In this document: positions 1 through 12,500 of the stretch, piece after piece
Numbering within the stretch: position 1 is the first letter of the stretch
How the letters are laid out: each line of letters begins with the position of its first letter
Assembly (NCBI GenBank): GCA_964016885.1
Contig: OZ024742.1
Location: 292,826,001-292,890,000 of the forward strand
Reading direction: 5' to 3'
Length of the DNA stretch: 64,000 nucleotides
Origin: Eledone cirrhosa
Taxonomy: Eukaryota
Notes under the pieces: model-generated
Databases searched by the model: none
What the model was told of the DNA's origin: nothing
What the model saw: the letters and a program-made list of their open reading frames with translations, nothing else
Made by a program: the position numbers and the translations under genes

Positions 1-3000
1 ATATATCTAGTCATCAACACAACTATATTACTGAGTCAAGGTGATAGCTTAATAGATATATCTAGTCATAAACACAACTATATTACTGAGTCAAGGTGAT
101 AGCTTAATAGATATATCTGGTCATAAACACAACTATACTGTGTCAAGGTGATAGCTTAATAGATATATCTGGTCATAAACACAACTATACTGTGTCACGG
201 TGATAGCTTAATAGATATATCTGGTCATAAACACAACTATACTGTGTCAAGGTGATAGCTTAATAGATATATCTAGTCATAAACACAACTATATTACTGA
301 GTCAAGGTGTTAGCTTAATAGATATATCTAGTCATAAACACAACTATACTGAGTCAAGGTGATAGCTTAATAGATATATCTAGTCATAAACACAACTATA
401 TTACTGAGTCAAGGTGATAGCTTAATAGATATATCTAGTCATAAACACAACTATATTACTGAGTCAAGGTGATAGCTTAATAGATGTATCTGGTCATAAA
501 CACAACTATACTGAGTCAAGGTGATAGCTTAATTGATGTATCTGGTCATAAACACAACTATACTGAGTCAAGGTGATAGCTTAATAGATATATCTAGTCA
601 TAAACACAACTATACTAAGTCAAGGTGATAGCTTAATAGATATATCTGGTCATAAACACAACTATACTGAGTCAAGGTGATAGCTTAATAGATATATCTG
701 GTCATAAACACAACTATACTGTGACAAGGTGATAGCTTAATAGATATATCTAGTCATAAACACAACTATATTACTGAGTCAAGGTGATAGCTTAATAGAT
801 ATATCTAGTCATAAACACAACTATATTACTGAGTCAAGGTGTTAGCTTAATAGATATATCTAGTCATAAACACAACTATACTGAGTCAAGGTGATAGCTT
901 AATAGATATATCTAGTCATAAACACAACTATATTACTGAGTCATGGAGGTAGCTTAATAGATATATCTAGTCATAAACACAACTATATTACTGAGTCAAG
1001 GTGATAGCTTAATAGATATATCTAGTCATAAACACAACCATATTACTGAGTCAAGGTGATAGCTTAATAGATATATCTAGTCATAAACACAACTATACTG
1101 AGTCAAGGTGATAGCTTAATAGATATATCTAGTCATAAACACAACTATATTACTGAGTCAAGGTGATAGCTTAATAGATATATCTAGTCATAAACACAAC
1201 TATATTACTGAGTCAACGTGATAGCTTAATAGATATATCTAGTCATAAACCAACTATATTACTGAGTCAAGGTGATAGCTTAATAGATATATCTAGTCAT
1301 AAACACAACTATATTAGTGAGTCAAGGTGATAGCTTAATAGATATATCTAGTCATCAACACAACCATATTACTGAGTCAAGGTGATAGCTTAATAGATAT
1401 ATCTAGTCATCAACACAACTATATTACTGAGTCAAGATGATAGCTTAATAGATATATCTAGTCATAAACACAACTATATTACTGAGTCAAGGTGATAGCT
1501 TAATAGATATATCTGGTCATAAACACAACTATACCGTGTCAAGGTGATAGCTTAATATATATATCTGGTCATAAACACTACTATGTTACTGAGTCAAGGT
1601 GATAGCTTAATAGATATATCTGGTCATAAACACAACTATACTGTGTCAAGGTGATAGCTTAATAGATATATCTGGTCATAAACACAACTATATTACTGAG
1701 TCAAAGTGATAGCTTAATAGATATATCTAGTCATAAACCAACTATATTACTGAGTCAAGGTGATAGCTTAATAGATATATCTAGTCATAAACACATCTAT
1801 ATTACTGAGTCAAGGTGATAGCTTAATAGATATATCTAGTCATAAACACAACTATACTGAGTCAAGGTGATTGCTTAATAGATATATCTAGTCATAAACA
1901 CAACTATATAACTGAGTCAAGGTGATAGCTTAATAGATATATCTAGTCATAAACACAACTATATTACTGAGTCAAGGTGATAGCTTAATAGATATATCTG
2001 GTGATAAACACAACTATACTGTGTCAAGGTGATAGCTTAATAGATATATCTAGTCATAAACACAACTATATTACTGAGTCAAGGTGATAGCTTAATAGAT
2101 ATATCTAGTCATAAACACAACTATACTGAGTCAAGGTGATAGCTTAATAGATATATCTGGTCATAAACACAACTATACTGAGTCAAGGTGATAGCTTAAT
2201 TGATGTATCTGGTCATAAACACAACTATACTGAGTCAAGGTGATAGCTTAATAGATATATCTCGTCATAAACACAACTATATTACTGAGTCAAGGTGATA
2301 GCTTAATAGATATATCTAGTCATAAACACAACTATATTACTGAGTCAAGGTGATAGCTTAATAGATGTATCTGGTCATAAACACAACTATACTGAGTCAA
2401 GGTGATAGCTTAATTGATGTATCTGGTCATAAACACAACTATACTGAGTCAAGGTGATAGCTTAATAGATATATCTCGTCATAAACACAACTATACTAAG
2501 TCAAGGTGATAGCTTAATAGATATATCTGGTCATAAACACAACTATACTGAGTCAAGGTGATAGCTTAATAGATATATCTGGTCATAAACACAACTATAC
2601 TGTGACAAGGTGATAGCTTAATAGATATATCTAGTCATAAACACAACTATATTACTGAGTCAAGGTGATAGCTTAATAGATATATCTAGTCATAAACACA
2701 ACTATATTACTGAGTCAAGGTGTTAGATTAATAGATATATCTAGTCATAAACACAACTATACTGAGTCAAGGTGATAGCTTAATTGATGTATCTGGTCAT
2801 AAACACAACTATACTGAGTCAAGGTGATAGCTTAATAGATATATCTAGTCATAAACACAACTATATTACTGAGTCATGGAGATAGCTTAATAGATATATC
2901 TAGTCATAAACACAACTATATTACTGAGTCAAGGTGATAGCTTAATAGATATATCTAGTCATAAACACAACCATATTACTGAGTCAAGGTGATAGCTTAA

Positions 3001-6000
3001 TAGATATATCTAGTCATAAACACAACTATACTGAGTCAAGGTGATAGCTTAATAGATATATCTATTCATAAACACAACTATATTACTGAGTCAAGGTGAT
3101 AGCTTAATAGATATATCTAGTCATAAACACAACTATATTACTGAATCAAGGTGATAGCTTAATAAATATATCTAGTCATAAACACAACTATATTACTGAG
3201 TCAAGGTGATAGCTTAATAGATGTATCTGGTCATAAACACAACTATACTGAGTCAAGGTGATAGCTTAATTGATGTATCTGGTCATAAACACAACTATAC
3301 TGAGTCAAGGTGATAGCTTAATAGATATATCTAGTCATAAACACAACTATATTACTGAGTCAAGGTGTTAGATTAATAGATATATCTAGTCATAAACACA
3401 ACTATACTGAGTCAAGGTGATAGCTTAATAGATATATCTAGTCATAAACACAACTATATTACTGAGTCATGGAGGTAGCTTAATAGATATATCTAGTCAT
3501 AAACACAACTATATTACTGAGTCAAGGTGATAGCTTAATAGATATATCTAGTCATAAACACAACCATATTACTGAGTCAAGGTGATAGCTTAATAGATAT
3601 ATCTAGTCATAAACACAACTATACTGAGTCAAGGTGATAGCTTAATAGATATATCTAGTCATAAACACAACTATATTACTGAGTCAAGGTGATAGCTTAA
3701 TAGATATATCTAGTCATAAACACAACTATATTACTGAGTCAAGGTGATAGCTTAATAGATATATCTAGTCATAAACCAACTATATTACTGAGTCAAAGTG
3801 ATAGCTTAATAGATATATCTAGTCATAAACACAACTATATTAGTGAGTCAAGGTGATAGCTTAATAGATATATCTAGTCATCAACACAACTATATTACTG
3901 AGTCAAGGTGATAGCTTAATAGATATATCTAGTCATCAACACAACTATATTACTGAGTCAAGGTGATAGCTTAATAGATATATCTAGTCATAAACACAAC
4001 TATATTACTGAGTCAAGGTGATAGCTTAATAAATATATCTGGTCATAAACACAACTATACCGTGTCAAGGTGATAGCTTAATATATATATCTGGTCATAA
4101 ACACTACTATGTTACTGAGTCAAGGTGATAGCTTAATAGATATATCTGGTCATAAACACAACTATACTGTGTCAAGGTGATAGCTTAATAGATATATCTG
4201 GTCATAAACACAACTATATTACTGAGGCAAAGTGATAGCTTAATAGATATATCTAGTCATAAACCAACTATATTACTGAGTCAAGGTGATAGCTTAATAG
4301 ATATATCTAGTCATAAACATATCTATATTACTGAGTCAAGGTGATAGCTTAATAGATATATCTAGTCATAAACACAACTATATTACAGAGTCAAGGTGAT
4401 AGCTTAATAGATATATCTATACATAAACACAACTATATTACTGAGTCAAGGTGATAGCTTAATAGATGTATCTGGTCATAAACACAACTATACTGAGTCA
4501 AGGTGATAGCTTAATTGATGTATCTGGTCATAAACACAACTATACTGAGTCAAGGTGATAGCTTAATAGATATATCTCGTCATAAACACAACTATACTAA
4601 GTCAAGGTGATAGCTTAATAGATATATCTGGTCATAAACACAACTATACTGAGTCAAGGTGATAGCTTAATAGATATATCTGGTCATAAACACAACTATA
4701 CTGTGACAAGGTGATAGCTTAATAGATATATCTAGTCATAAACACAACTATATTACTGAGTCAAGGTGATAGCTTAATAGATATATCTAGTCATAAACAC
4801 AACTATATTACTGAGTCAAGGTGTTAGCTTAATAGATATATCTAGTCATAAACACAACTATACTGAGTCAAGGTGATAGCTTAATAGATATATCTAGTCA
4901 TAAACACAACTATATTACTGAGTCATGGAGATAGCTTAATAGATATATCTAGTCATAAACACAACTATATTACTGAGTCAAGGTGATAGCTTAATAGATA
5001 TATCTAGTCATAAACACAACCATATTACTGAGTCAAGGTGATAGCTTAATAGATATATCTAGTCATAAACACAACTATACTGACTCAAGGTGATAGCTTA
5101 ATAGATATATCTAGTCATAAACACAACTATATTACTGAGTCAAGGTGATAGCTTAATAGATATATCTAGTCATAAACACAACTATATTACTGAATCAAGG
5201 TGATAGCTTAATAAATATATCTAGTCATAAACCAACTATATTACTGAGTCAAGGTGATAGCTTAATAGATATATCTAGTCATAAACACATCTATATTAGT
5301 GAGTCAAGGTGATAGCTTAATAGATATATCTAGTCATCAACACAACTATATTACTGAGTCAAGGTGATAGCTTAATATATATATCTAGTCATCAACGCAA
5401 CTATATTACTGAGTCAAGGTGATAGCTTAATAGATATATCTAGTCATGAACACAACTATATTACTGAGTCAAGGTGATAGCTTAATAGATATATCTAGTC
5501 ATAAACACAACTATACTGAGTCAAGGTGATAGCTTAATAGATATATCTAGTCATAAACACAACTATATTACTGAGTCAAGGTGATAGCTTAATAGATATA
5601 TCTGGTCATAAACACAACTATATTACTGAGTCAAGGTGATAGCTTAATAGATATATCTAGTCATAAACCAACTATATTACTGAGTCAAGGTGATAGCTTA
5701 ATAGATATATCTAGTCATAAACACAACTATATTAGTGAGTCAAGGTGATAGCTTAATAGATATATCTAGTCATCAACAAAACTATATTACTGAGTCAAGG
5801 TGATAGCTTAATAGATATATCTAGTCATCAACACAACTATATTAATGGGTCAAGGTGATAGCTTAATAGATATATCTAGTCATAAACACAACTATATTAC
5901 TGAGTCAAGGTGATAGCTTAATATATATATCTGGTCATAAACACAACTATACTGTGTCAAGGTGATAGCTTAATAGATATATCTGGTCATAAACACAACT

Positions 6001-7186
6001 ATGTTACTGAGTCAAGGTGATAGCTTAATAGATATATCTGGTCATAAACACAACTATACTGTGTCAAGGTGATAGCTTAATAGATATATCTGGTCATAGA
6101 CACAACTATATTACTGAGTCAAAGTGATAGCTTAATAGATATATCTAGTCATAAACCAACTATATTATTGAGTCAAGGTGATAGCTTAATAGATATATCT
6201 AGTCATAAACACAACTATATTACTGAGTCAAGGCGATAGCTTAATAGATATATCTAGTCATAAACACAACTATACTGAGTCAAGGTGATAGCTTAATAGA
6301 TATATCTAGTCATAAACCCAACTATATTACTGAGTCAAGGTGATAGCTTAATAGATATATCTAGTCATAAAGCAACTATATTACTGAGTCAAGGTGATAG
6401 CTTAATAGATATATCTAGTCATAAACACAACTATATTACTGAGTCAATGTGATAGTTTAATAGATATATCTGGTCATAAACACAACTATACTGTGTCAAG
6501 GTGATAGCTTAATAGATATATCTGGTCATAAACACAACTATACTGAGTCAAGGTGATAGCTTAATAGATACATCTAGTCATAAACACAACTCTATTACTA
6601 AGTCAAGGTGATAGCTTAATAGATATATCTAGTCATAAACACAACTATACTGAGTCAAGGTGATAGCTTAATAGATATATCTAGTCATAAACACAACTAT
6701 ATTACTGAGTCATGGAGATAGCTTAATAGATATATCTAGTCATAAACACAACTATATTACTGAGTCAAGGTGATAGCTTAATAGATATATCTAGTCATAA
6801 ACACAACCATATTACTGAGTCAAGGTGATAGCTTAATAGATATATCTAGTCATAAACACAACTATACTGAGTCAAGGTGATAGCTTAATAGATATATCTA
6901 GTCATAAACACAACTATATTACTGAGTCAAGGTGATAGCTTAATAGATATATCTAGTCATAAACACAACTATATTACTGAATCAAGGTGATAGCTTAATA
7001 AATATATCTAGTCATAAACACAACTATATTACTGAGTCAAGGTGATAGCTTAATAGATGTATCTGGTCATAAACACAACTATACTGAGTCAAGGTGATAG
7101 CTTAATAGATATATCTGGTCATAAACACAACTATACTGAGTCAAGGTGATAGCTTAATAGATATATCTGGTCATAAACACAACTAT
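1..7186. repeat. 52/55-bp tandem satellite array, left of the island (runs off the window start)
   Basis: ATATATCT(A/G)GTC recurs at 1, 56, 111 (55-bp steps) and 163 (52-bp step) and continues without spacers to AACTAT at 7181-7186. Confidence 0.98.
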
Positions 7187-7385
7187 GTGATAAACACAAA
7201 ATGAAATAAAAATTGTTAACAAGTGATTTACTTTATAGGATGAACAATTAACTCAACCTCAAAAAAACCATACACAGGGGCACTGACCAGATGGGGATCC
7301 ATACAAGTGGTTACTGGTCACACAGGGGGACTGACCAACTGTAGAGTTCATTCAGGAGGCTGCTTGACCAGGCTCATAGATTCCG
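7187..7385. other. 199-bp non-satellite island interrupting one monomer; origin unknown
   Basis: The left flank ends ...CTGGTCATAAACACAACTAT and the right flank resumes CTGTGACAAGGTGATAG. Together they rebuild the variant monomer ...AACTAT(A)CTGTGACAAGG (intact at about 690-740 and 2573-2624) minus one A. The first ~80 bp are AT-rich and the rest is GC-richer. No target-site duplication or terminal inverted repeat is visible. Confidence 0.95.
7272..7337 (+). repeat. 18-bp imperfect direct repeat inside the island
   Basis: ACACAGGGGCACTGACCA (7272-7289) and ACACAGGGGGACTGACCA (7320-7337) match at 17/18 and are offset by 48 bp. A degenerate third unit, TCAGGAGGCTGCTTGACCA, lies at 7352-7370. 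Confidence 0.85.
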
Positions 7386-9599
7386 CTGTGACAAGGTGAT
7401 AGCTTAATAGATATATCTAGTCATAAACACAACTATATTACTGAGTCAAGGTGATAGCTTAATAGATATATCTAGTCATAAACACAACTATATTACTGAG
7501 TCAAGGTGTTAGCTTAATAGATATATCTAGTCATAAACACAAATATACTGAGTCAAGGTGATAGCTTAATAGATATATCTAGTCATAAACACAACTATAT
7601 TACTGAGTCATGGAGGTAGCTTAATAGATATATCTAGTCATAAACACAACTATATTACTGAGTCAAGGTGATAGCTTAATAGATATATCTAGTCATAAAC
7701 ACAACCATATTACTGAGTCAAGGTGATAGCTTAATAGATATATCTAGTCATAAACACAACTATACTGAGTCAAGGTGATAGCTTAATAGATATATCTAGT
7801 CATAAACACAACTATATTACTGAGTCAAGGTGATAGCTTAATAGATATATCTAGTCATAAACACAACTATATTACTGAGTCAAGGTGATAGCTTAATAGA
7901 TATATCTAGTCATAAACCAACTATATTACTGAGTCAAAGTGATAGCTTAATAGATATATCTAGTCATAAACACAACTATATTAGTGAGTCAAGGTGATAG
8001 CTTAATAGATATATCTAGTCATCAACACAACTATATTACTGAGTCAAGGTGATAGCTTAATAGATATATCTAGTCATCAACACAACTATATTACTGAGTC
8101 AAGGTGATAGCTTAATAGATATATCTAGTCATAAACACAACTATATTACTGAGTCAAGGTGATAGCTTAATAGATATATCTGGTCATAAACACAACTATA
8201 CCGTGTCAAGGTGATAGCTTAATATATATATCTGGTCATAAACACTACTATGTTACTGAGTCAAGGTGATAGCTTAATAGATATATCTGGTCATAAACAC
8301 AACTATACTGTGTCAAGGTGATAGCTTAATAGATATATCTGGTCATAAACACAACTATATTACTGAGGCAAAGTGATAGCTTAATAGATATATCTAGTCA
8401 TAAACCAACTATATTACTGAGTCAAGGTGATAGCTTAATAGATATATCTAGTCATAAACATATCTATATTACTGAGTCAAGGTGATAGCTTAATAGATAT
8501 ATCTAGTCATAAACACAACTATATTACTGAGTCAATGTGATAGCTTAATAGATATATCTATACATAAACACAACTATATTACTGAGTCAAGGTGATAGCT
8601 TAATAGATGTATCTGGTCATAAACACAACTATACTGAGTCAAGGTGATAGCTTAATTGATGTATCTGGTCATAAACACAACTATACTGAGTCAAGGTGAT
8701 AGCTTAATAGATATATCTCGTCATAAACACAACTATACTAAGTCAAGGTGATAGCTTAATAGATATATCTGGTCATAAACACAACTATACTGAGTCAAGG
8801 TGATAGCTTAATAGATATATCTGGTCATAAACACAACTATACTGTGACAAGGTGATAGCTTAATAGATATATCTACTCATAAACACAACTATATTACTGA
8901 GTCAAAGTGATAGCTTAATAGATATATCTAGTCATAAACACAACTATATTACTGAGTCAAGGTGTTAGCTTAATAGATATATCTAGTCATAAACACAACT
9001 ATACTGAGTCAAGGTGATAGCTTAATAGATATATCTAGTCATAAACACAACTATATTACTGAGTCATGGAGATAGCTTAATAGATATATCTAGTCATAAA
9101 CACAACTATATTACTGAGTCAAGGTGATAGCTTAATAGATATATCTAGTCATAAACACAACCATATTACTGAGTCAAGGTGATAGCTTAATAGATATATC
9201 TAGTCATAAACACAACTATACTGACTCAAGGTGATAGCTTAATAGATATATCTAGTCATAAACACAACTATATTACTGAGTCAAGGTGATAGCTTAATAG
9301 ATATATCTAGTCATAAACACAACTATATTACTGAATCAAGGTGATAGCTTAATAAATATATCTAGTCATAAACCAACTATATTACTGAGTCAAGGTGATA
9401 GCTTAATAGATATATCTAGTCATAAACACATCTATATTAGTGAGTCAAGGTGATAGCTTAATAGATATATCTAGTCATCAACACAACTATATTACTGAGT
9501 CAAGGTGATAGCTTAATATATATATCTAGTCATCAACACTACTATATTACTGAGTCAAGGTGATAGCTTAATAGATATATCTAGTCATGAACACAACTA

Positions 9600-12500
9600 T
9601 ATTACTGAGTCAAGGTGATAGCTTAATAGATATATCTAGTCATAAACACAACTATACTGAGTCAAGGTGATAGCTTAATAGATATATCTAGTCATAAACA
9701 CAACTATATTACTGAGTCAAGGTGATAGCTTAATAGATATATCTGGTCATAAACACAACTATATTACTGAGTCAAGGTGATAGCTTAATAGATATATCTA
9801 GTCATAAACCAACTATATTACTGAGTCAAGGTGATAGCTTAATAGATATATCTAGTCATAAACACAACTATATTAGTGAGTCAAGGTGATAGCTTAATAG
9901 ATATATCTAGTCATCAACACAACTATATTACTGAGTCAAGGTGATAGCTTAATAGATATATCTAGTCATCAACACAACTATATTAATGGGTCAAGGTGAT
10001 AGCTTAATAGATATATCTAGTCATAAACACAACTATATTACTGAGTCAAGGTGATAGCTTAATAGATATATCTAGTCATAAACACAACTATACTGAGTCA
10101 AGGTGATAGCTTAATAGATATATCTAGTCATAAACACAACTATATTACTGAGTCAAGGTGATAGCTTAATAGATATATCTGGTCATAAACACAACTATAC
10201 TGTGTCAAGGTGATAGCTTAATAGATATATCTGGTCATAAACACAACTATATTACTGAGTCAAAGTGATAGCTTAATAGATATATCTAGTCATAAACCAA
10301 CTATATTACTAAGTCAAGGTGATAGCTTAATAGATATATCTAGTCATAAACACAACTATATTACTGAGTCAAGGCGATAGCTTAATAGATATATCTAGTC
10401 ATAAACACAACTATACTGAGTCATGGTGATAGCTTAATAGATATATCTAGTCATAAACCCAACTATATTACTGAGTCAAGGTGATAGCTTAATAGATATA
10501 TCTAGTCATAAAGCAACTATATTACTGAGTCAAGGTGATAGCTTAATAGATATATCTAGTCATAAACACAACTATATTACTGAGTCAATGTGATAGCTTA
10601 ATAGATATATCTGGTCATAAACACAACTATACTGTGTCAAGGTGATAGCTTAATAGATATATCTGGTCATAAACACAACTATACTGAGTCAAGGTGATAG
10701 CTTAATAGATACATCTAGTCATAAACAAAACTCTATTACTAAGTCAAGGTGATAGCTTAATAGATATATCTGGTCATAAACACAACTATACTGTGTCAAG
10801 GTGATAGCTTAATAGATATATCTAGTCATAAACACAACTATATTACTGATTCAAGGTGATAGCTTAATAGATATATCTAGTCATAAACACAACTATATTA
10901 CTGAGTCAAGGTGATAGCTTAATAGATATATATGGTCATCAACACAACTCTACTGAGTCAAGGTGATAGCTTAATAGATATATATAGTCATAAACACAAC
11001 TATATAACTGAGTCAAGGTGATAGCTTAATAGATATATCTAGTCATAAACACAACTATACTGAGTCAAGGTGATAGCTTAATAGATATATCTGGTCATAA
11101 ACACAACTATACCGAGTCAAGGTGATAGCTTAATAGATATATCTGGTCATAAACACAACTATACTGTGTCAAGGTGATAGCTTAATAGATATATCTGGTC
11201 ATAAACACAACTATACTGAGTCAAGGTGATAGCTTAATAGATGTATCTGGTCATAAACACAACTATACTGAGTCAAGGTGATAGCTTAATAGATATATCT
11301 AGTCATAAACACAACTATACTAAGTTAAGGTGATAGCTTAATAGATATATCTGGTCATAAACACAACTATACTGAGTCAAGGTGATAGCTTAATAGATAT
11401 ATCTAGTCATAAACACAACCATATTACTGAGTCAAGGTGATAGCTTAATAGATATATCTAGTCATAAACACAACTATACTGAGTCAAGGTGATAGCTTAA
11501 TAGATATATCTAGTCATAAACACAACCATATTACTGAGTCAAGGTGATAGCTTAATAGATATATCTAGTCATAAACACAACTATATTACTGAATCAAGGT
11601 GATAGCTTAATAAATATATCTAGTCATAAACACAACTATATTACTGAGTCAAGGTGATAGCTTAATAGATGTATCTGGTCATAAACACAACTATACTGAG
11701 TCAAGGTGATAGTTTAATTGATGTATCTGGTCATAAACACAACTATACTGAGTCAAGGTGATAGCTTAATAGATATATCTAGTCATAAACACAACTATAC
11801 TAAGTCAAGGTGATAGCTTAATAGATATATCTGGTCATAAACACAACTATACTGAGTCAAGGTGATAGCTTAATAGATATATCTGGTCATAAACACAACT
11901 ATACTGTGACAAGGTGATAGCTTAATAGATATATCTAGTCATAAACACAACTATATTACTGAGTCAAGGTGTTAGCTTAATAGATATATCTAGTCATAAA
12001 CACAACTATACTGAGTCAATGTGATAGCTTAATAGATATATCTAGTCATAAACACAACTATATTACTGAGTCATGGAGGTAGCTTAATAGATATATCTAG
12101 TCATAAACACAACTATATTACTGAGTCAAGGTGATAGCTTAATAGATATATCTAGTCATAAACACAACCATATTACTGAGTCAAGGTGATAGCTTAATAG
12201 ATATATCTAGTCATAAACACAACTATACTGAGTCAAGGTGATAGCTTAATAGATATATCTAGTCATAAACACAACTATATTAGTGAGTCAAGGTGATAGC
12301 TTAATAGATATATCTAGTCATCAACACAACTATATTACTGAGTCAAGGTGATAGCTTAATAGATATATCTAGTCATCAACACAACTATATTACTGAGTCA
12401 AGGTGATAGCTTAATAGATATATCTAGTCATAAACACAACTATACTGAGTCAAGGTGATAGCTTAATAGATATATCTAGTCATAAACACAACTATATTAC

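Larger units (their letters stand above)
3310..10050. repeat. About 2.6-kb block duplicated at offset 4141 bp (about 3310-5900 and 7450-10050)
   Basis: Shared rare markers at a constant offset: GAGGCAAAG 4224/8365, TATACATAAAC 4418/8559, TGACTCAAGG 5081/9222, and the GGG of TAATGGGTC 5847/9988. Confidence 0.85.

Noticed and set aside
7-38. Monomer as an ancient dimer (CTAGTCA / CTGAGTCA)
   Set aside because: Similarity is limited to about 7 bp and the halves do not otherwise align convincingly.
1-165. 52 bp is about 5 helical turns and a trimer is about one nucleosome repeat
   Set aside because: Numerical coincidence without MNase data. The irregular mix of 52- and 55-bp units would disrupt strict phasing.
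7224-7286. Splice-acceptor-like TTTACTTTATAG|G at 7238/7239 suggesting an exon within the island
   Set aside because: All three frames stop within 16 codons of the AG and there is no convincing downstream donor. Only spliced RNA-seq reads could rescue it.
7187-7385. Intact MITE, SINE or tRNA
   Set aside because: No terminal inverted repeats, TSD, terminal poly(A), A/B boxes or cloverleaf. The ends are not Helitron TC...CTRR.
7244-7399. Stop-free + strand frame TINSTSKKPYTGALTRWGSIQVVTGHTGGLTNCRVHSGGCLTRLIDSAVTR
   Set aside because: About 51 codons, no ATG, preceded by an in-frame TGA at 7241, and no recognisable domain. This length is compatible with chance; BLASTX would settle it.
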